Shown: one piece after another, positions 18,209-29,575 of the stretch | Numbering within the stretch: position 1 is the first letter of the stretch | Layout: every line of letters begins with the position of its first letter | Virus record (IMG/VR): IMGVR_UViG_3300025085_000013 | Location: 1-64,000 of that record | Source of the DNA: an uncultured virus (IMG/VR IMGVR_UViG_3300025085_000013) | Taxonomy: Duplodnaviria; Heunggongvirae; Uroviricota; Caudoviricetes | Reading direction: 5' to 3' (one strand) | DNA: 64,000 nucleotides | Program-made: the position numbers and the translations under genes | The notes under the pieces: model-generated | Seen by the model: the letters and a program-made list of their open reading frames with translations, nothing else | Databases searched by the model: none | Told to the model about the DNA's origin: nothing

Positions 18209-19144
18209 TTAAAAGAGAAGATCGCCAACGTCGAAAACGCCCGACCCTCCTGTTGTTCCCTGTGTTCCCTGTAAACCATCGCTGGTGACAGGATTACTTG
18301 CTGTATTGAACTCTTCATTCAAAGCAGATGCGTTTTCCCAATAAGAAGTATCATTAATATTAGAAGCAGCGTTGTTCACTATTTCATCTATACCTGCTTG
18401 TTGTATTATTCGAGATTTAATAGAGGTTACTGATGATTGCGCAGCTGCTGCCTCTGCTGCTATTATATCTGACTGTGCTTGGCCTAGTTGTTCATATAGT
18501 AAAGCGTTTTCATCACTTAATGAAATATTTGATTGCTCTAATAGATTTAATGTTGCTAGCATTTCTGATATTGTTTGATCTCTTTGCCCTAATGTAGTGT
18601 TCAATTCATCTATTTCACTCTGTAATCTAGATAGCTCTTCAGAATACAGTAATGATTGTGCATTCATTTTTGTTGTTAGTCTTTCTTGTGCTGCATCAGT
18701 TAAACCTAAAAACGTACCAGTGTATAAAACACTTTCATCACTAATACCAAATTCATCTTCCATTCTAGTCGATATGTAAAAGTTTTTATTATCTAATGAT
18801 AATATCTTTTTTGAATTTTCTTTGTCTATTCTAAATAAAACTTGACCTTGCGCCAAGTCTACATTTTCAACTTGTGTCCAATTAGGAATTCGTATTTCAT
18901 CGTTTTCACCAACAAAAACCAAAGTAAGAGTACCAACATTACTCAAATCAATCGGGGAATCTGCTAAGTCACCATTTTCACCAGTCTCATCAAATATTGT
19001 AAAAATTACATAATCATCAAATGGTGAAATTCTTATTTGCCCATCGCCTTGTGGTAACGGTTCTGCTGTAGGATTAAGAGATGTAAATCTTTTAAAGTAT
19101 TCAGCTTGGTTAGCTGTAACTGTCTCGTTAGTTTGTACTGCCAT
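18209..19144 (-). CDS. Hypothetical structural protein with a coiled coil
   Basis: 311 aa; heptad region in the C-terminal half. Confidence 0.6.
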   Translation of the reverse strand: MAVQTNETVTANQAEYFKRFTSLNPTAEPLPQGDGQIRISPFDDYVIFTIFDETGENGDLADSPIDLSNVGTLTLVFVGENDEIRIPNWTQVENVDLAQGQVLFRIDKENSKKILSLDNKNFYISTRMEDEFGISDESVLYTGTFLGLTDAAQERLTTKMNAQSLLYSEELSRLQSEIDELNTTLGQRDQTISEMLATLNLLEQSNISLSDENALLYEQLGQAQSDIIAAEAAAAQSSVTSIKSRIIQQAGIDEIVNNAASNINDTSYWENASALNEEFNTASNPVTSDGLQGTQGTTGGSGVFDVGDLLF

Positions 19145-20507
19145 CTTCTGTATCTGTTATTGTTTGTATTTTAGCTGGTGAAATTGCAGCCTTTACGTTT
19201 ATCCTATCTCTAAAAGTAGTAACATACTTATTTTTTATAACTAATTGTTCAACTATTTCAGTAGATGTCTGTCCTGGGTTATTTCCAACACCTCCATTAT
19301 TAACAATAATATTTGAACCATCATCATTAGCCAATTGGTTATATACATTAGCAACAGTAGGAACTACACCTAAATTAATTTTCATTAATCGTCTACCATA
19401 TTTTTTAACATCAAACGAAGTTAGTTTTGCTGATTTTAAAATCTGTGTATTATCTGCTCTATTGTATAATCTTAATAAGTAATTAATTGAAAAAGATGTA
19501 GCAATAGCACTGTTTAAAATAATAGGCCTAAATAAAATAGGATTATCAAAATTAGTAGTTTGTGTAAATACCTGAGTACTAGTTTTAACAAATGAAGTAT
19601 TTATTTGTTCACTTACATTAATTTCATGAAATACTACATAGTCACCACCTGATGAATTTAACTGAGCAATAAAATTAGAAAAAGTAGAACCTGTTACTTC
19701 ACCAGATAATTCAAAATAATCTCCACCATCTGCCTCTACAACACTTGCATATAGATTATCATAAATATCTCTACTAGGTAAACTTACTGCATTTATTTCC
19801 TCTACATTATAATAGTTATAACCGTTATCAACAACCGTTTCATAAATACCAGTAGCTTTAAATGTAATGGTAGGTGTACTAAGAAATCCTTGCCCTTCAG
19901 TTAAACGATATCCTAAACCGTTAGGTACAGTATTACTGAAACTGTTATTCATAAAGAATAATGAAGGTATTCTCCATTCTATGTATGTAGCATAAAGATT
20001 ATCATTAATTAAAACTGGATCTGGATTAAATACAGGCGTATCAGTCTTTAAGAAATTTATAGAAGATAAATTAAGTAAAGTACCATCTCTTCTAGGAACT
20101 AGCGTTTCAAATATTATTCCGTCATAGCCTGTAAAAGTAAACCCTGCAACAAAATGTACTCTTATTTTATCATATGCTATATTTTGCTGTGGGTTAAATG
20201 TCTGTAGTAAATTTGCACTATCAGTTAACTCAGGATCAAAGTCATTATAAGGTACACCAATATCAGTATCTAAATATGCATATTGTGTTTTATTTTTATT
20301 AATCGCTGCTGCTGAAATGTCACGATAGTTACCCATCTCTGCAGATACACTATCAGTATTAAAAAGATAGCTACCATCAGTATGACCATCTCTCATTATC
20401 TCTATAGGATAAATGGATGTATTAAGTTCCGTTGGGTTAGTTTGACTAGTGTATATGTACTCTAATAAAATACCGTCGGATAATTGTATAAATTTAGATG
20501 ATTCCAT
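19128..20507 (-). CDS. Hypothetical structural protein
   Basis: 459-aa ORF in the structural block. Confidence 0.6.
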   Translation of the reverse strand: MESSKFIQLSDGILLEYIYTSQTNPTELNTSIYPIEIMRDGHTDGSYLFNTDSVSAEMGNYRDISAAAINKNKTQYAYLDTDIGVPYNDFDPELTDSANLLQTFNPQQNIAYDKIRVHFVAGFTFTGYDGIIFETLVPRRDGTLLNLSSINFLKTDTPVFNPDPVLINDNLYATYIEWRIPSLFFMNNSFSNTVPNGLGYRLTEGQGFLSTPTITFKATGIYETVVDNGYNYYNVEEINAVSLPSRDIYDNLYASVVEADGGDYFELSGEVTGSTFSNFIAQLNSSGGDYVVFHEINVSEQINTSFVKTSTQVFTQTTNFDNPILFRPIILNSAIATSFSINYLLRLYNRADNTQILKSAKLTSFDVKKYGRRLMKINLGVVPTVANVYNQLANDDGSNIIVNNGGVGNNPGQTSTEIVEQLVIKNKYVTTFRDRINVKAAISPAKIQTITDTEDGSTN

Positions 20508-20520
20508 TCCTTTTATTTAT

Positions 20521-21303
20521 TTACCATTGTAAAAACTTTGGTGTATAATTTAAACCAATGCCTACATATGGGCTTATCTGCTCACCGCTTAAACCAACAC
20601 CTAACTGTAAACCTAAGCCTAATGTTTTTCTATTTTCATATTGTAAACTTTTAAACGCTTTACTCTTTTGGTCAATTAATATTCCTTCAGCACTATTAAA
20701 TGTAGTTCCAGGATAATCGGTTAAAAGATTTACAAATAATTCTTTTGATTTAGTATCTTTAATTAATGATGCAGTTAAAAATATATTTTGTTCTAGTCCT
20801 ATACTAGCATTACCAAACGATATAAGACTATCGGAAGTTTCATAAGGTATTATAGCATCAATCGTTCTAGAACTTTTACCCCATTCTTTTTTATCTGAAA
20901 ATGTTAAAGCTGAATTAAAATCACCAATCACCGTATTTATAACAGTATCGAGTATAAACACAGGTACTTCTACAATAACCTCTTTAATAACAGTCTCGGT
21001 TTTAATTATAGTTATTGGCGGTTTTCCTTTTTCAAATTCTAATTCATTTTCAATTTCTTCTATCGATAAATTTAAAGCCATTATCTCAGCTACCGCATTA
21101 CCGTTAGCATCAATATAATTTTCAATTGTGTCTAGTGATGCTTTCCAATTATTTTCAACTCGGTAAACTTCATTCTTTGCATCATCAGTAGCTTGGCACT
21201 GTCTTAACAGCAAAATACATAACACTACAATACCACCTAATAAAAACATCCTTGTATTTTTAGGGTCAGTTATTATAGCTAATATATTTCTTAATATTAT
21301 CAT
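20521..21303 (-). CDS. Membrane-anchored spanin-like protein
   Basis: N-terminal hydrophobic helix ending LLRQC; coiled coil; C-terminal amphipathic beta strands ending in W. Confidence 0.45.
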   Translation of the reverse strand: MIILRNILAIITDPKNTRMFLLGGIVVLCILLLRQCQATDDAKNEVYRVENNWKASLDTIENYIDANGNAVAEIMALNLSIEEIENELEFEKGKPPITIIKTETVIKEVIVEVPVFILDTVINTVIGDFNSALTFSDKKEWGKSSRTIDAIIPYETSDSLISFGNASIGLEQNIFLTASLIKDTKSKELFVNLLTDYPGTTFNSAEGILIDQKSKAFKSLQYENRKTLGLGLQLGVGLSGEQISPYVGIGLNYTPKFLQW

Positions 21304-21542
21304 ATGCTGTTTTCGTATACTTGTAATAATTTATAAGGAGTAACTTCACTCTCTCCATATTTCTTTATTAATTTATCCATAAACTTTTTTTCATTAGTTT
21401 TCATGTCCTCTAATTCATCAAAAAGATTATCTCTTTTCTCTGCTAGACTTTGGATACTTTTTTGCATTAGATCGATCGAAGTTTCTATTTCCTTATATCT
21501 ATCTACAAAATTTATTAATTCTTTAGTTTCTTTCTTTGTCAT
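21300..21542 (-). CDS. Small coiled-coil hypothetical protein
   Basis: 80 aa; ATGA overlap with the next gene. Confidence 0.6.
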   Translation of the reverse strand: MTKKETKELINFVDRYKEIETSIDLMQKSIQSLAEKRDNLFDELEDMKTNEKKFMDKLIKKYGESEVTPYKLLQVYENSI

Positions 21543-21554
21543 TTTTAATTAATA

Positions 21555-24500
21555 TTAAGGGTTAGCTATTTCATATGTAAACGTAAATCTATGATAAGAT
21601 TGATATATGGCATTTCTACTTCCTTCAGGGGCTGATGGTGCATTATTGTTAATTGGGCCTAATGCTGTTCCATTATTACCATCAGTATCAACTACTAGTC
21701 TAGTATTAGCTGGGTTTGAATGAAGGTTAATCCACATATGAGTACCACTTCCATTAGTATCATGTGCTGCTGCTGGGTCAGTTTGAGATCCACCCTGTAC
21801 TTCACCTGATGTTTGCGCGACTGGAACTGTGCTACCGACAGTAATATTTGTAGCCATCCAAGGTAATTTACCGTAACTAGTTCCTGTACCATTAGTACTG
21901 AAACCACCACCTGATTGGTTAATTGCATTTTTAATAGCTTGACCACCACCTCGTGGACCACCATGGCCATCACTATTGATGAGACCGGTAGCAATACCTG
22001 ATATATTAACGTTACTTACAGCTCCATACAGAGTACCTGTTACTAGGCTGCTATCCGTAGAATTACCTGCACCACTTACTTGCATAGGAAGAGGTATCGG
22101 TCCTATGAATACATTTGCGATAGGTAAATCCAATCCAGCTGGGCTAGTGGATCCACTTAATGAACTATAATCACTTGTACTAAAAAGAGAACTCCAATAA
22201 GGATAAAGATCTATAGATGTATTTGAAGTACTTGATTCACCGTTCGGTGCTAAAGGTGATCGATTAGTTATAAATCTAATCAAACCACTACCTGTTACAA
22301 CTCTACCAACCCTCATCCATTGATATCTATATTGAAAGCCAACTGGAATCTTAGGCGTTAGACCAGCGGTAGTCCATGCAGCTACACTAGGTTGAATATC
22401 TGCATTTTGGTATAAGTCAACAGTACTTGACCACCCCTGTGAGCCACTCATAAATGTCTGTTCTTGGATAGTAGGGCCGCTATATGCACCACCAAACTTG
22501 GAGATATAATGATCTCCTACATAATCACCCCAAACCTTAAACGTTTGTCTATGTCTATATTGATCTCCTACATTAACACCACCATAAGGACCGTCAGGTA
22601 CCGGGCTTTGCGGCCAGTTCTGGAAAGCTGAAGTCTTTGTTAGAGTTAAGCCTTGGTTAAGAGTAAGCCCTGCAACGAGTGCGCTTCCAGTACCTCCTGT
22701 CGAATTAAAGTTTCCTCTATTATAACCAATACCATATAAATGAGTTGTACCGCTTACATTATTTCCACCTTTGTTAGCAGATGCACCAAATTCGTCTTGG
22801 TTTAAACCAATAGTTACACCACTACTAGTCTCTCCTGCGTTACTAATTCTAGTGCTTACTGTATCAGCAGTACCCCATATTCTTACAGATGACTTCATAG
22901 GAGCTATGTTCGGGAATGGGAGATTTGGCATCGTGGCAGATGCGTTGTCTGGTGAGTATATCCATACTCCTCCAGCATAAGCACCGCTTGCAGTAGTACC
23001 ACCATTTATATGTAATACACTCTCAGGTTCTTGTTCAATGTTTATTGCAGGACCGACGGTAGAAACCGGCGCATAAGGACCTTTTATCATTGCACCACCT
23101 GGGAATCGCTTCCATGGGTCAGAACCTGTGCCTACTTCAGCACCTAAAAGACCTAATCTTATTGTAGGATTATTAGAACCACTACCACCCGTAGGCCCAT
23201 CAGATGCACTAATTACTATAGCAGGTTTATCAAAATTATTGCTTATATAGCTAGGATAGCCAAAGTATGCTGTTTTAGGTACTAGACCACTAGAGCTAGT
23301 AGAAGCTATAGTTATAACTGGGGTTGGTTCTACTGCAGTTCCTGTATCTACTGATATTTTAATATTACCACCAAGTCCTCCAGAATCAGGTCCTGTTGAT
23401 AATGATAAATCTTGTCCTTTGCTACGAAGAGATAAGTACCCAGATCCATTTGCACCAGAATCTATATCAATACCACCTCCTAAGCCAGGATTTAATGCAT
23501 TAAGATTTATATTACCTGCGCCCATACCACTACTACTATCGGTAACCAAGTTAATAGCCTTTGCGGTTTGGTATGTAGACAATGGATTATATACAGCTCC
23601 ATAACCTGCTGCTATTGTTACACCTAATTGATCATTAGTTAGCGTAGAAATTAATGCGCCGGTTGTATTTACACCATCATAATCATTTCCAATTACTACC
23701 CCTCCGGCACCACCACCATTAAGATATGCGCCGTCATCGCCTATTAATCTAATTAATGCACCCTCACTCTTAATTGTTGCATTTAGATTAGATCGTAATA
23801 ATATAAATTCAGTTGCATCGACTTGGATTATACTCGACTCTATTAAAGTAATACCATCATAAATTCCTGAAATCGCACCTGGTAACAAAATATTACCACC
23901 ACTCTGTATTCGATTAGCAGCACCTGCCCCAATACTAACAAAATTTAATTTAGCACCGTTACCACCTGCCATTGTGTTCAATTCAATATTTAAATCCGAT
24001 GTTTCAATTCCACCACCGATACTAGTACCACCACCTTTAACACCTGTTGTTAAATCAATCGACAAACCAGCTCTCAGATTTAATCCTCGTTCTGATGCGT
24101 TTAATTTTATACCGTAAGTGTCAGTAATACTTCCTGGAGCAGTAGCAGTTTTTCTTGTAGTTAGAAGTAATGAATCATCTGGCGCTAATTGAATTCCTGC
24201 TAATAAAGTTGGATCGTCTTGTTCAAAGTTGTCACCTATACCAGTTTCACCACCCATGAACTTGATTGCGCTTACACCACTATCTTGTTGATGTACTAAC
24301 ATTGACATTACCGTAGTATCAACATTACCAGCCATATCAGTACTTAAATTAAACTTGGCATTAAACCCAGCTTGACCAAAAGCAATATCGGTCGGTGAAA
24401 TAGCACCTATTACTACCGATGATAATCCACCATTTCCTGATGTAGCACCTGATGTACCACCAATTATTGCAGGGTACAAAGCATTTTGATATGCTTGTAC

Positions 24501-24893
24501 ATAAGTACCTAGTGGATTATTACCAAATGAATCCCATCCAATGGATACACCAGCAGGTCCTTGTGGACCAGTTAAGTTAGTATTTGTAATGCCCCAATTA
24601 ACGCCATCATATTCCCATACTTGACCATTGGCTTGTAAGTAAAAATCATTATCTAATAAATTAGGTGAAACAATAATCGTATTAGGATCAGTTCCTGGGC
24701 TAACTGTAAGGTCTTGATACCATTCAGTTCCTCTTTCACCACGCCCACCAATAGGACCAGGTAAACCTTGTGGCCCAAATGGACCAGGTGCCCCTCCTCC
24801 ATTTAAAATAAGTTGATCAAAATTAAAATTTACTTTATCAACGAATTGAGAAATAGTATCTGAGGCTAATATTTCTTGTATGGTAATTGCCAT
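21555..24893 (-). CDS. Tail fibre / receptor-binding-like protein (1112 aa)
   Basis: N-terminal KVNFNF anchor; short G-P-X collagen; long Gly-rich beta region. Confidence 0.6.
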   Translation of the reverse strand: MAITIQEILASDTISQFVDKVNFNFDQLILNGGGAPGPFGPQGLPGPIGGRGERGTEWYQDLTVSPGTDPNTIIVSPNLLDNDFYLQANGQVWEYDGVNWGITNTNLTGPQGPAGVSIGWDSFGNNPLGTYVQAYQNALYPAIIGGTSGATSGNGGLSSVVIGAISPTDIAFGQAGFNAKFNLSTDMAGNVDTTVMSMLVHQQDSGVSAIKFMGGETGIGDNFEQDDPTLLAGIQLAPDDSLLLTTRKTATAPGSITDTYGIKLNASERGLNLRAGLSIDLTTGVKGGGTSIGGGIETSDLNIELNTMAGGNGAKLNFVSIGAGAANRIQSGGNILLPGAISGIYDGITLIESSIIQVDATEFILLRSNLNATIKSEGALIRLIGDDGAYLNGGGAGGVVIGNDYDGVNTTGALISTLTNDQLGVTIAAGYGAVYNPLSTYQTAKAINLVTDSSSGMGAGNINLNALNPGLGGGIDIDSGANGSGYLSLRSKGQDLSLSTGPDSGGLGGNIKISVDTGTAVEPTPVITIASTSSSGLVPKTAYFGYPSYISNNFDKPAIVISASDGPTGGSGSNNPTIRLGLLGAEVGTGSDPWKRFPGGAMIKGPYAPVSTVGPAINIEQEPESVLHINGGTTASGAYAGGVWIYSPDNASATMPNLPFPNIAPMKSSVRIWGTADTVSTRISNAGETSSGVTIGLNQDEFGASANKGGNNVSGTTHLYGIGYNRGNFNSTGGTGSALVAGLTLNQGLTLTKTSAFQNWPQSPVPDGPYGGVNVGDQYRHRQTFKVWGDYVGDHYISKFGGAYSGPTIQEQTFMSGSQGWSSTVDLYQNADIQPSVAAWTTAGLTPKIPVGFQYRYQWMRVGRVVTGSGLIRFITNRSPLAPNGESSTSNTSIDLYPYWSSLFSTSDYSSLSGSTSPAGLDLPIANVFIGPIPLPMQVSGAGNSTDSSLVTGTLYGAVSNVNISGIATGLINSDGHGGPRGGGQAIKNAINQSGGGFSTNGTGTSYGKLPWMATNITVGSTVPVAQTSGEVQGGSQTDPAAAHDTNGSGTHMWINLHSNPANTRLVVDTDGNNGTALGPINNNAPSAPEGSRNAIYQSYHRFTFTYEIANP

Positions 24894-24900
24894 CGTATTC

Positions 24901-27900
24901 TTATTTTTTAACTATAGTAACACTAAATCCAAACGATTCAGTAAAACCTGTCCTTTTGTTATATATTAGGCTAAGATCAAATGGATTATTATTTATTAAT
25001 CTTGACCCAACCGCTGTGTTTATACTTAATCCAGCAGCGGACTTTTCTACGTTTGTTAATGATGCAGTAGAATAATCAATAGGGCTGTTATCCCTTGTGC
25101 TTTTTACATAAAAATCTATATTACCTACTTTATATAATTGTAGTATATTTTGAGTAATATATCTTATTACATCATCGTCAATAGTATCTAAATTACCGAA
25201 ACTAAATTCAGGCTTTATGTATTTTACAAACTGTTCTTTAATAGGGTTAAATAAAAATTCAATTAATCTTTTCTGTATAAAATTAAAAAATTTAATTGAT
25301 GTATCATTTTCACTAGTCATAAATGTACCTTCTATTAATGAAGGCTGGTTTATAGCACCTTTTACGAATGGTGAGTATTCAAATGTTTCTAACTCAATTT
25401 GCTCAGGTACTTTTAAATATTTAGAACCAAAAAATGATTTCTTTTCTGTCATTGCTCTGGTACCAATAACAGATTCTACTTGAGATTTATCTATACTCTT
25501 CCTAAAGTAAGACGGCTCCCAGTTCGACGCAAATGCGTAAAAGTTTCTGTTAGCAATTCCTACTTCATTAATTAAAGGGTATAAACTTAAGAATGCACTG
25601 TCAATAGAAAGCTCTAATACAGTAGACGGATCTTCTTCATTAACTTTATGATAAAATAAATTCTTTATTTGCCCAAAGTTACTAACATCACTAGAATTAA
25701 ATTGAGTGTTTGTATATCTACATAGTTCTAATACTTTCTCTTTATATATAGCATCTTCTGGTATAGGTGGACTAAAATCAACATTAAGATAAGGGTCTCT
25801 AAAATATAAAATATCTAGCGCAGTTGGTTGATAATAACCTGCATGCCTTCCTATTGGGGTTATCCTAGGTTTTGTTTGTAGCGAAAGACCATAACCAATA
25901 ATATCCGTTAAGTTAAATACAGTAGGTTTAGCAGGATCAGGTAATGCCCCAATATAAACAGATTTTAAAATATCCTCTTGTGACCTTAATTCAATAGCAA
26001 ACGTTTGTGCAATGTTTCCATCAGAATCCAATATACGATTACCGTCTTTATCAATAGTTTCATAAATTATAGATGGATCTCCTAAATTAACATTATTAAA
26101 AAGTGTAGCAGAACCAACATCGGTTAATCTAGTAGAATAAGCATCAAACCCACCACCAAGAGTAGTATATGAAGTTTGTACTAAAGATGATGTTGTTGGT
26201 ATACCACCACCAGGGAAATACTGCACGCCATTTTTTGTTAGAGTAGATGCATAAAATTCAGTGTTAGATACTACTCTTACTATATCACTTATTTGAAATT
26301 GGTCTACTCCTATTGTAAATTGTATCGTGTTAAATAAACCATCGCTACCTCTCCTAATGTCAGTTAAAAATCTAGTAGCATTACCATTTATATCAGGAAT
26401 ACCTTTTATAAGATATGCATTAATACTAGGTTCAAACTGCGCAGCATTTAAAGCAATGGCCCCATTTAAAAAACCCTTTGTATAAATATATTCATTTGTT
26501 ACTGCATCTATTTCAGGTTTACATTCATTAGTTAGCGGAGGTGTGCTTTGTGTTACATATTCATTTCTTAAAGAATATAACGCAGTTCTATCAATAATTT
26601 GTTCACCGTTATTAAAACATGCATTATCTAAAGTTAAAAAGATCATCATTACAACAGTCTTCCACTTTTCATTTTTTACAAATTTTATTTGTGTAGTAGG
26701 TTTATCTGGTGCGTTAGGTATAAGCATTACAGAAAATCTATAATCATTAAAACTACCATCAGTGAGATATTTTAATGACCTAGCATTAAAGTTAGGTTTA
26801 TCTTTAGGATTAGCTTTTGATTTTGCTATAACTCTAACACCTCTTAAAAAGGCTTCTGAAAAATTCTTTTCATCCCCACCGCTAAATCTACCATATCTAA
26901 GTTGTCTATCTATTAAATTAATAACTCCACCCGTAACAAATTTATCAATAATAAAATAATCATTAAAATAATCTTTATTAACTTTTTGAAAAGTACCTGG
27001 TGTATAAACAGCTCCTGTTATAGGATTAGCTTCAATAGTATCAGATGGTGCATAATCAATATAACTCCAAGAGCTCTTAATTGCTTCATTACCAAAATAT
27101 TCAGGAAATTCACATAAGTAATACCACTCATGAGTAAACCCTTGTGCTATTTGGCCTACTTCCCATTTAGATGGTGCAAAATTATTTTGGCCAAATGCCT
27201 CATTGACATTCAAGCTATACGGTAAATTTCTAACATTTTTACCATCATTTACCCAAGACCATTTATTTATGTAAGGAATGATCCTAGAAGCTGTTGCTTG
27301 TTGTATTAGGTAATTTTCCTCAAGCCTATCGTATTCGGATTTTATAACAGTATCAAAAGTTTCGTCAGGTGATGCGTCTTTTAACAATCCTATTAACCTA
27401 GCAAAACCACCATCATCATAAAATGCTCTAATTTCCGGGTTAGCACTAACGTTAGTATAAACACCATCATCACTTGTTTGATTATAATTCATAAACTCGA
27501 AATTAAGTTCACCTAATTTACTATACATAGTACTATAAAAATCATAATCAAAATCTTTAATAGGAAATATTGAAAATCTACCGAACGATGATCTATAATC
27601 AGAATATAGTGCAACCTGACCACTGCGGGTAATATTTATTTGATCGTCATTAAGTGTTATTATTACATTTTCGTCTACACCTTCATAGCCTATAATTTTA
27701 CCAACTTTGTTTCTTATAGGATTATCCAGATAAGGTACCCAATCACCAATTTGAGCAAACCCATCTTTAGATTGTATCCAATTACCTTTTATGAATCTAT
27801 TCTGATCACCGTTTGTAACTTTAAGTAAAGATCCTTTTACATCATTTCCTCCTACAAAGTTTTTAGTGTCTTCTGCTACTGACGATAAAGGATATGTTAA

Positions 27901-29514
27901 AATTGAGTTTACCATTAATGGATAATCTACAAAATCCATCTTAAAGCTTAGTCTATTAAATCTATCTCCAGCAAATCTTGATTGAACAAAAACAGTACCG
28001 TTGTTATAAGAAGCTTCAAAAAATCTAGATTCTAGAGGTATACCAATATTGATAGCAGATGTAATAGCTTTAGCAATTTCTTCGGGTGTACCGTTAGGAT
28101 TAAAAAATTGAAACTTACTCTTGCCTGGTTCAGGTACCTCTATTGAACTAGCACCTATTTGGCCTACTTCATTAATACCATCATAAAAGGTAATTCTAAA
28201 CCCATCAGTTAATTCATCTAATATATCAAACTTACATGTGGCTTTACCCTGCTGTGGTAAGATTTGTGCATTAGCATAGGTATCAGGGTATTTAAATCCA
28301 GCAAGAACTGAAATGTCAATTTTAGTGTCAAAAATTCTTATTTCGTTATTACCCCATAACGAGCCTTTTTTAACTGTATGGAAACTATTATTCTTATCCT
28401 TAATATAAAATATTGATTCTACTTCATTCACCCTCTGTGGTGTAGGTAACCCTGTAATAGTTGTAGTTTTGGCAGGATCTAAATAAATAAGCATACCGTT
28501 AGTGTTTGTCATTTCAAACGGTGTATTAAGTTGCTCGGATACTTCAGTTATTGTTTTAATTTTAGGTAACTGAGTTTTTTCTGTATTTTTATAAAAACCT
28601 TCACCTGATATATCAAACAACCCTTCTTCTATTTCGTTTACATATAAACCAAAATAGCGATTAATAGAATAATCAGGAGCATCTGCATCAGAAAACAAAA
28701 ATTCTAAATTTACTAAGTTAGCCAATAGTACACCGTTTCTCTGAAATCCTTCAGTAAAGAAGGACTCATTTTGTATTATTGTAGCATCCTTTGTTATTAA
28801 ATCATTATATGCAAAACTACCATTTGCTGTAAATCCGCCCTTTGCATAATTAATACCTGCCCACTGTAAAGGTTCGTCATTTCTCCATGAAATATTTAAA
28901 GGTGTTTCTGGAAAAGATTCTTGGTTTCTGTAGTTTCTTATATAGGAACCCAATAAACTATTACTGCTTAAATCAAATGTTTTGATTGCAGTGCAATTCT
29001 CAAGAACATTTTTTGTAAATGCAGTAGATGTTTGTGCGTCTAAATAATTAGTATTTTCTAAAGATTCATTTATATTGTTTACCGCTGCTGGGTTGTCTAT
29101 TCTAAATATTACAAAATTATTAGGAATCTGTTCATTTAACCAAAGCGGTGATAACATCCCTAAGTTTTCAGAATATGCTTCTGAGGCAACTGACCTTGTA
29201 CCAGCAGAATAAAACATTTCATACTGGTTTTGGTATTGTGAAAGAACTGATATATCTTGAAATTCTTGAAATACTTCATATGCTAAGTCTTTTGGAAATT
29301 TACCACCTTGAAAAAATTTAAAAACATCTCTATCATAAGTATCATCACCACTTACTTTAAACGCTTTAAATGTAGATGAAGCTAGCTGAGTATTTGCACT
29401 AAAAGATTCTAAGTATATGTTATCACCATTACTAACTATCTTAACATTACCTGTTAATTTAGGATTTGTTCTAATTATACCATAAGAAGCCTTGTCTAAA
29501 AGTTTTTCAGCCAT
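24901..29514 (-). CDS. Large structural protein (1537 aa), probably baseplate-associated
   Basis: Long ORF in the structural block; no motif recognised. Confidence 0.55.
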   Translation of the reverse strand: MAEKLLDKASYGIIRTNPKLTGNVKIVSNGDNIYLESFSANTQLASSTFKAFKVSGDDTYDRDVFKFFQGGKFPKDLAYEVFQEFQDISVLSQYQNQYEMFYSAGTRSVASEAYSENLGMLSPLWLNEQIPNNFVIFRIDNPAAVNNINESLENTNYLDAQTSTAFTKNVLENCTAIKTFDLSSNSLLGSYIRNYRNQESFPETPLNISWRNDEPLQWAGINYAKGGFTANGSFAYNDLITKDATIIQNESFFTEGFQRNGVLLANLVNLEFLFSDADAPDYSINRYFGLYVNEIEEGLFDISGEGFYKNTEKTQLPKIKTITEVSEQLNTPFEMTNTNGMLIYLDPAKTTTITGLPTPQRVNEVESIFYIKDKNNSFHTVKKGSLWGNNEIRIFDTKIDISVLAGFKYPDTYANAQILPQQGKATCKFDILDELTDGFRITFYDGINEVGQIGASSIEVPEPGKSKFQFFNPNGTPEEIAKAITSAINIGIPLESRFFEASYNNGTVFVQSRFAGDRFNRLSFKMDFVDYPLMVNSILTYPLSSVAEDTKNFVGGNDVKGSLLKVTNGDQNRFIKGNWIQSKDGFAQIGDWVPYLDNPIRNKVGKIIGYEGVDENVIITLNDDQINITRSGQVALYSDYRSSFGRFSIFPIKDFDYDFYSTMYSKLGELNFEFMNYNQTSDDGVYTNVSANPEIRAFYDDGGFARLIGLLKDASPDETFDTVIKSEYDRLEENYLIQQATASRIIPYINKWSWVNDGKNVRNLPYSLNVNEAFGQNNFAPSKWEVGQIAQGFTHEWYYLCEFPEYFGNEAIKSSWSYIDYAPSDTIEANPITGAVYTPGTFQKVNKDYFNDYFIIDKFVTGGVINLIDRQLRYGRFSGGDEKNFSEAFLRGVRVIAKSKANPKDKPNFNARSLKYLTDGSFNDYRFSVMLIPNAPDKPTTQIKFVKNEKWKTVVMMIFLTLDNACFNNGEQIIDRTALYSLRNEYVTQSTPPLTNECKPEIDAVTNEYIYTKGFLNGAIALNAAQFEPSINAYLIKGIPDINGNATRFLTDIRRGSDGLFNTIQFTIGVDQFQISDIVRVVSNTEFYASTLTKNGVQYFPGGGIPTTSSLVQTSYTTLGGGFDAYSTRLTDVGSATLFNNVNLGDPSIIYETIDKDGNRILDSDGNIAQTFAIELRSQEDILKSVYIGALPDPAKPTVFNLTDIIGYGLSLQTKPRITPIGRHAGYYQPTALDILYFRDPYLNVDFSPPIPEDAIYKEKVLELCRYTNTQFNSSDVSNFGQIKNLFYHKVNEEDPSTVLELSIDSAFLSLYPLINEVGIANRNFYAFASNWEPSYFRKSIDKSQVESVIGTRAMTEKKSFFGSKYLKVPEQIELETFEYSPFVKGAINQPSLIEGTFMTSENDTSIKFFNFIQKRLIEFLFNPIKEQFVKYIKPEFSFGNLDTIDDDVIRYITQNILQLYKVGNIDFYVKSTRDNSPIDYSTASLTNVEKSAAGLSINTAVGSRLINNNPFDLSLIYNKRTGFTESFGFSVTIVKK

Positions 29515-29531
29515 TTATCTTTCTCTTTTTT

Positions 29532-29540
29532 TATTTATTC
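29532..29540 (-). promoter_or_regulatory. Putative late promoter GAATAAATA
   Basis: 18 nt before the ATG at 29514. Confidence 0.55.
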
Positions 29541-29575
29541 ACCAAAGATAAAGATAAAATAAATTAAGAATGTTA

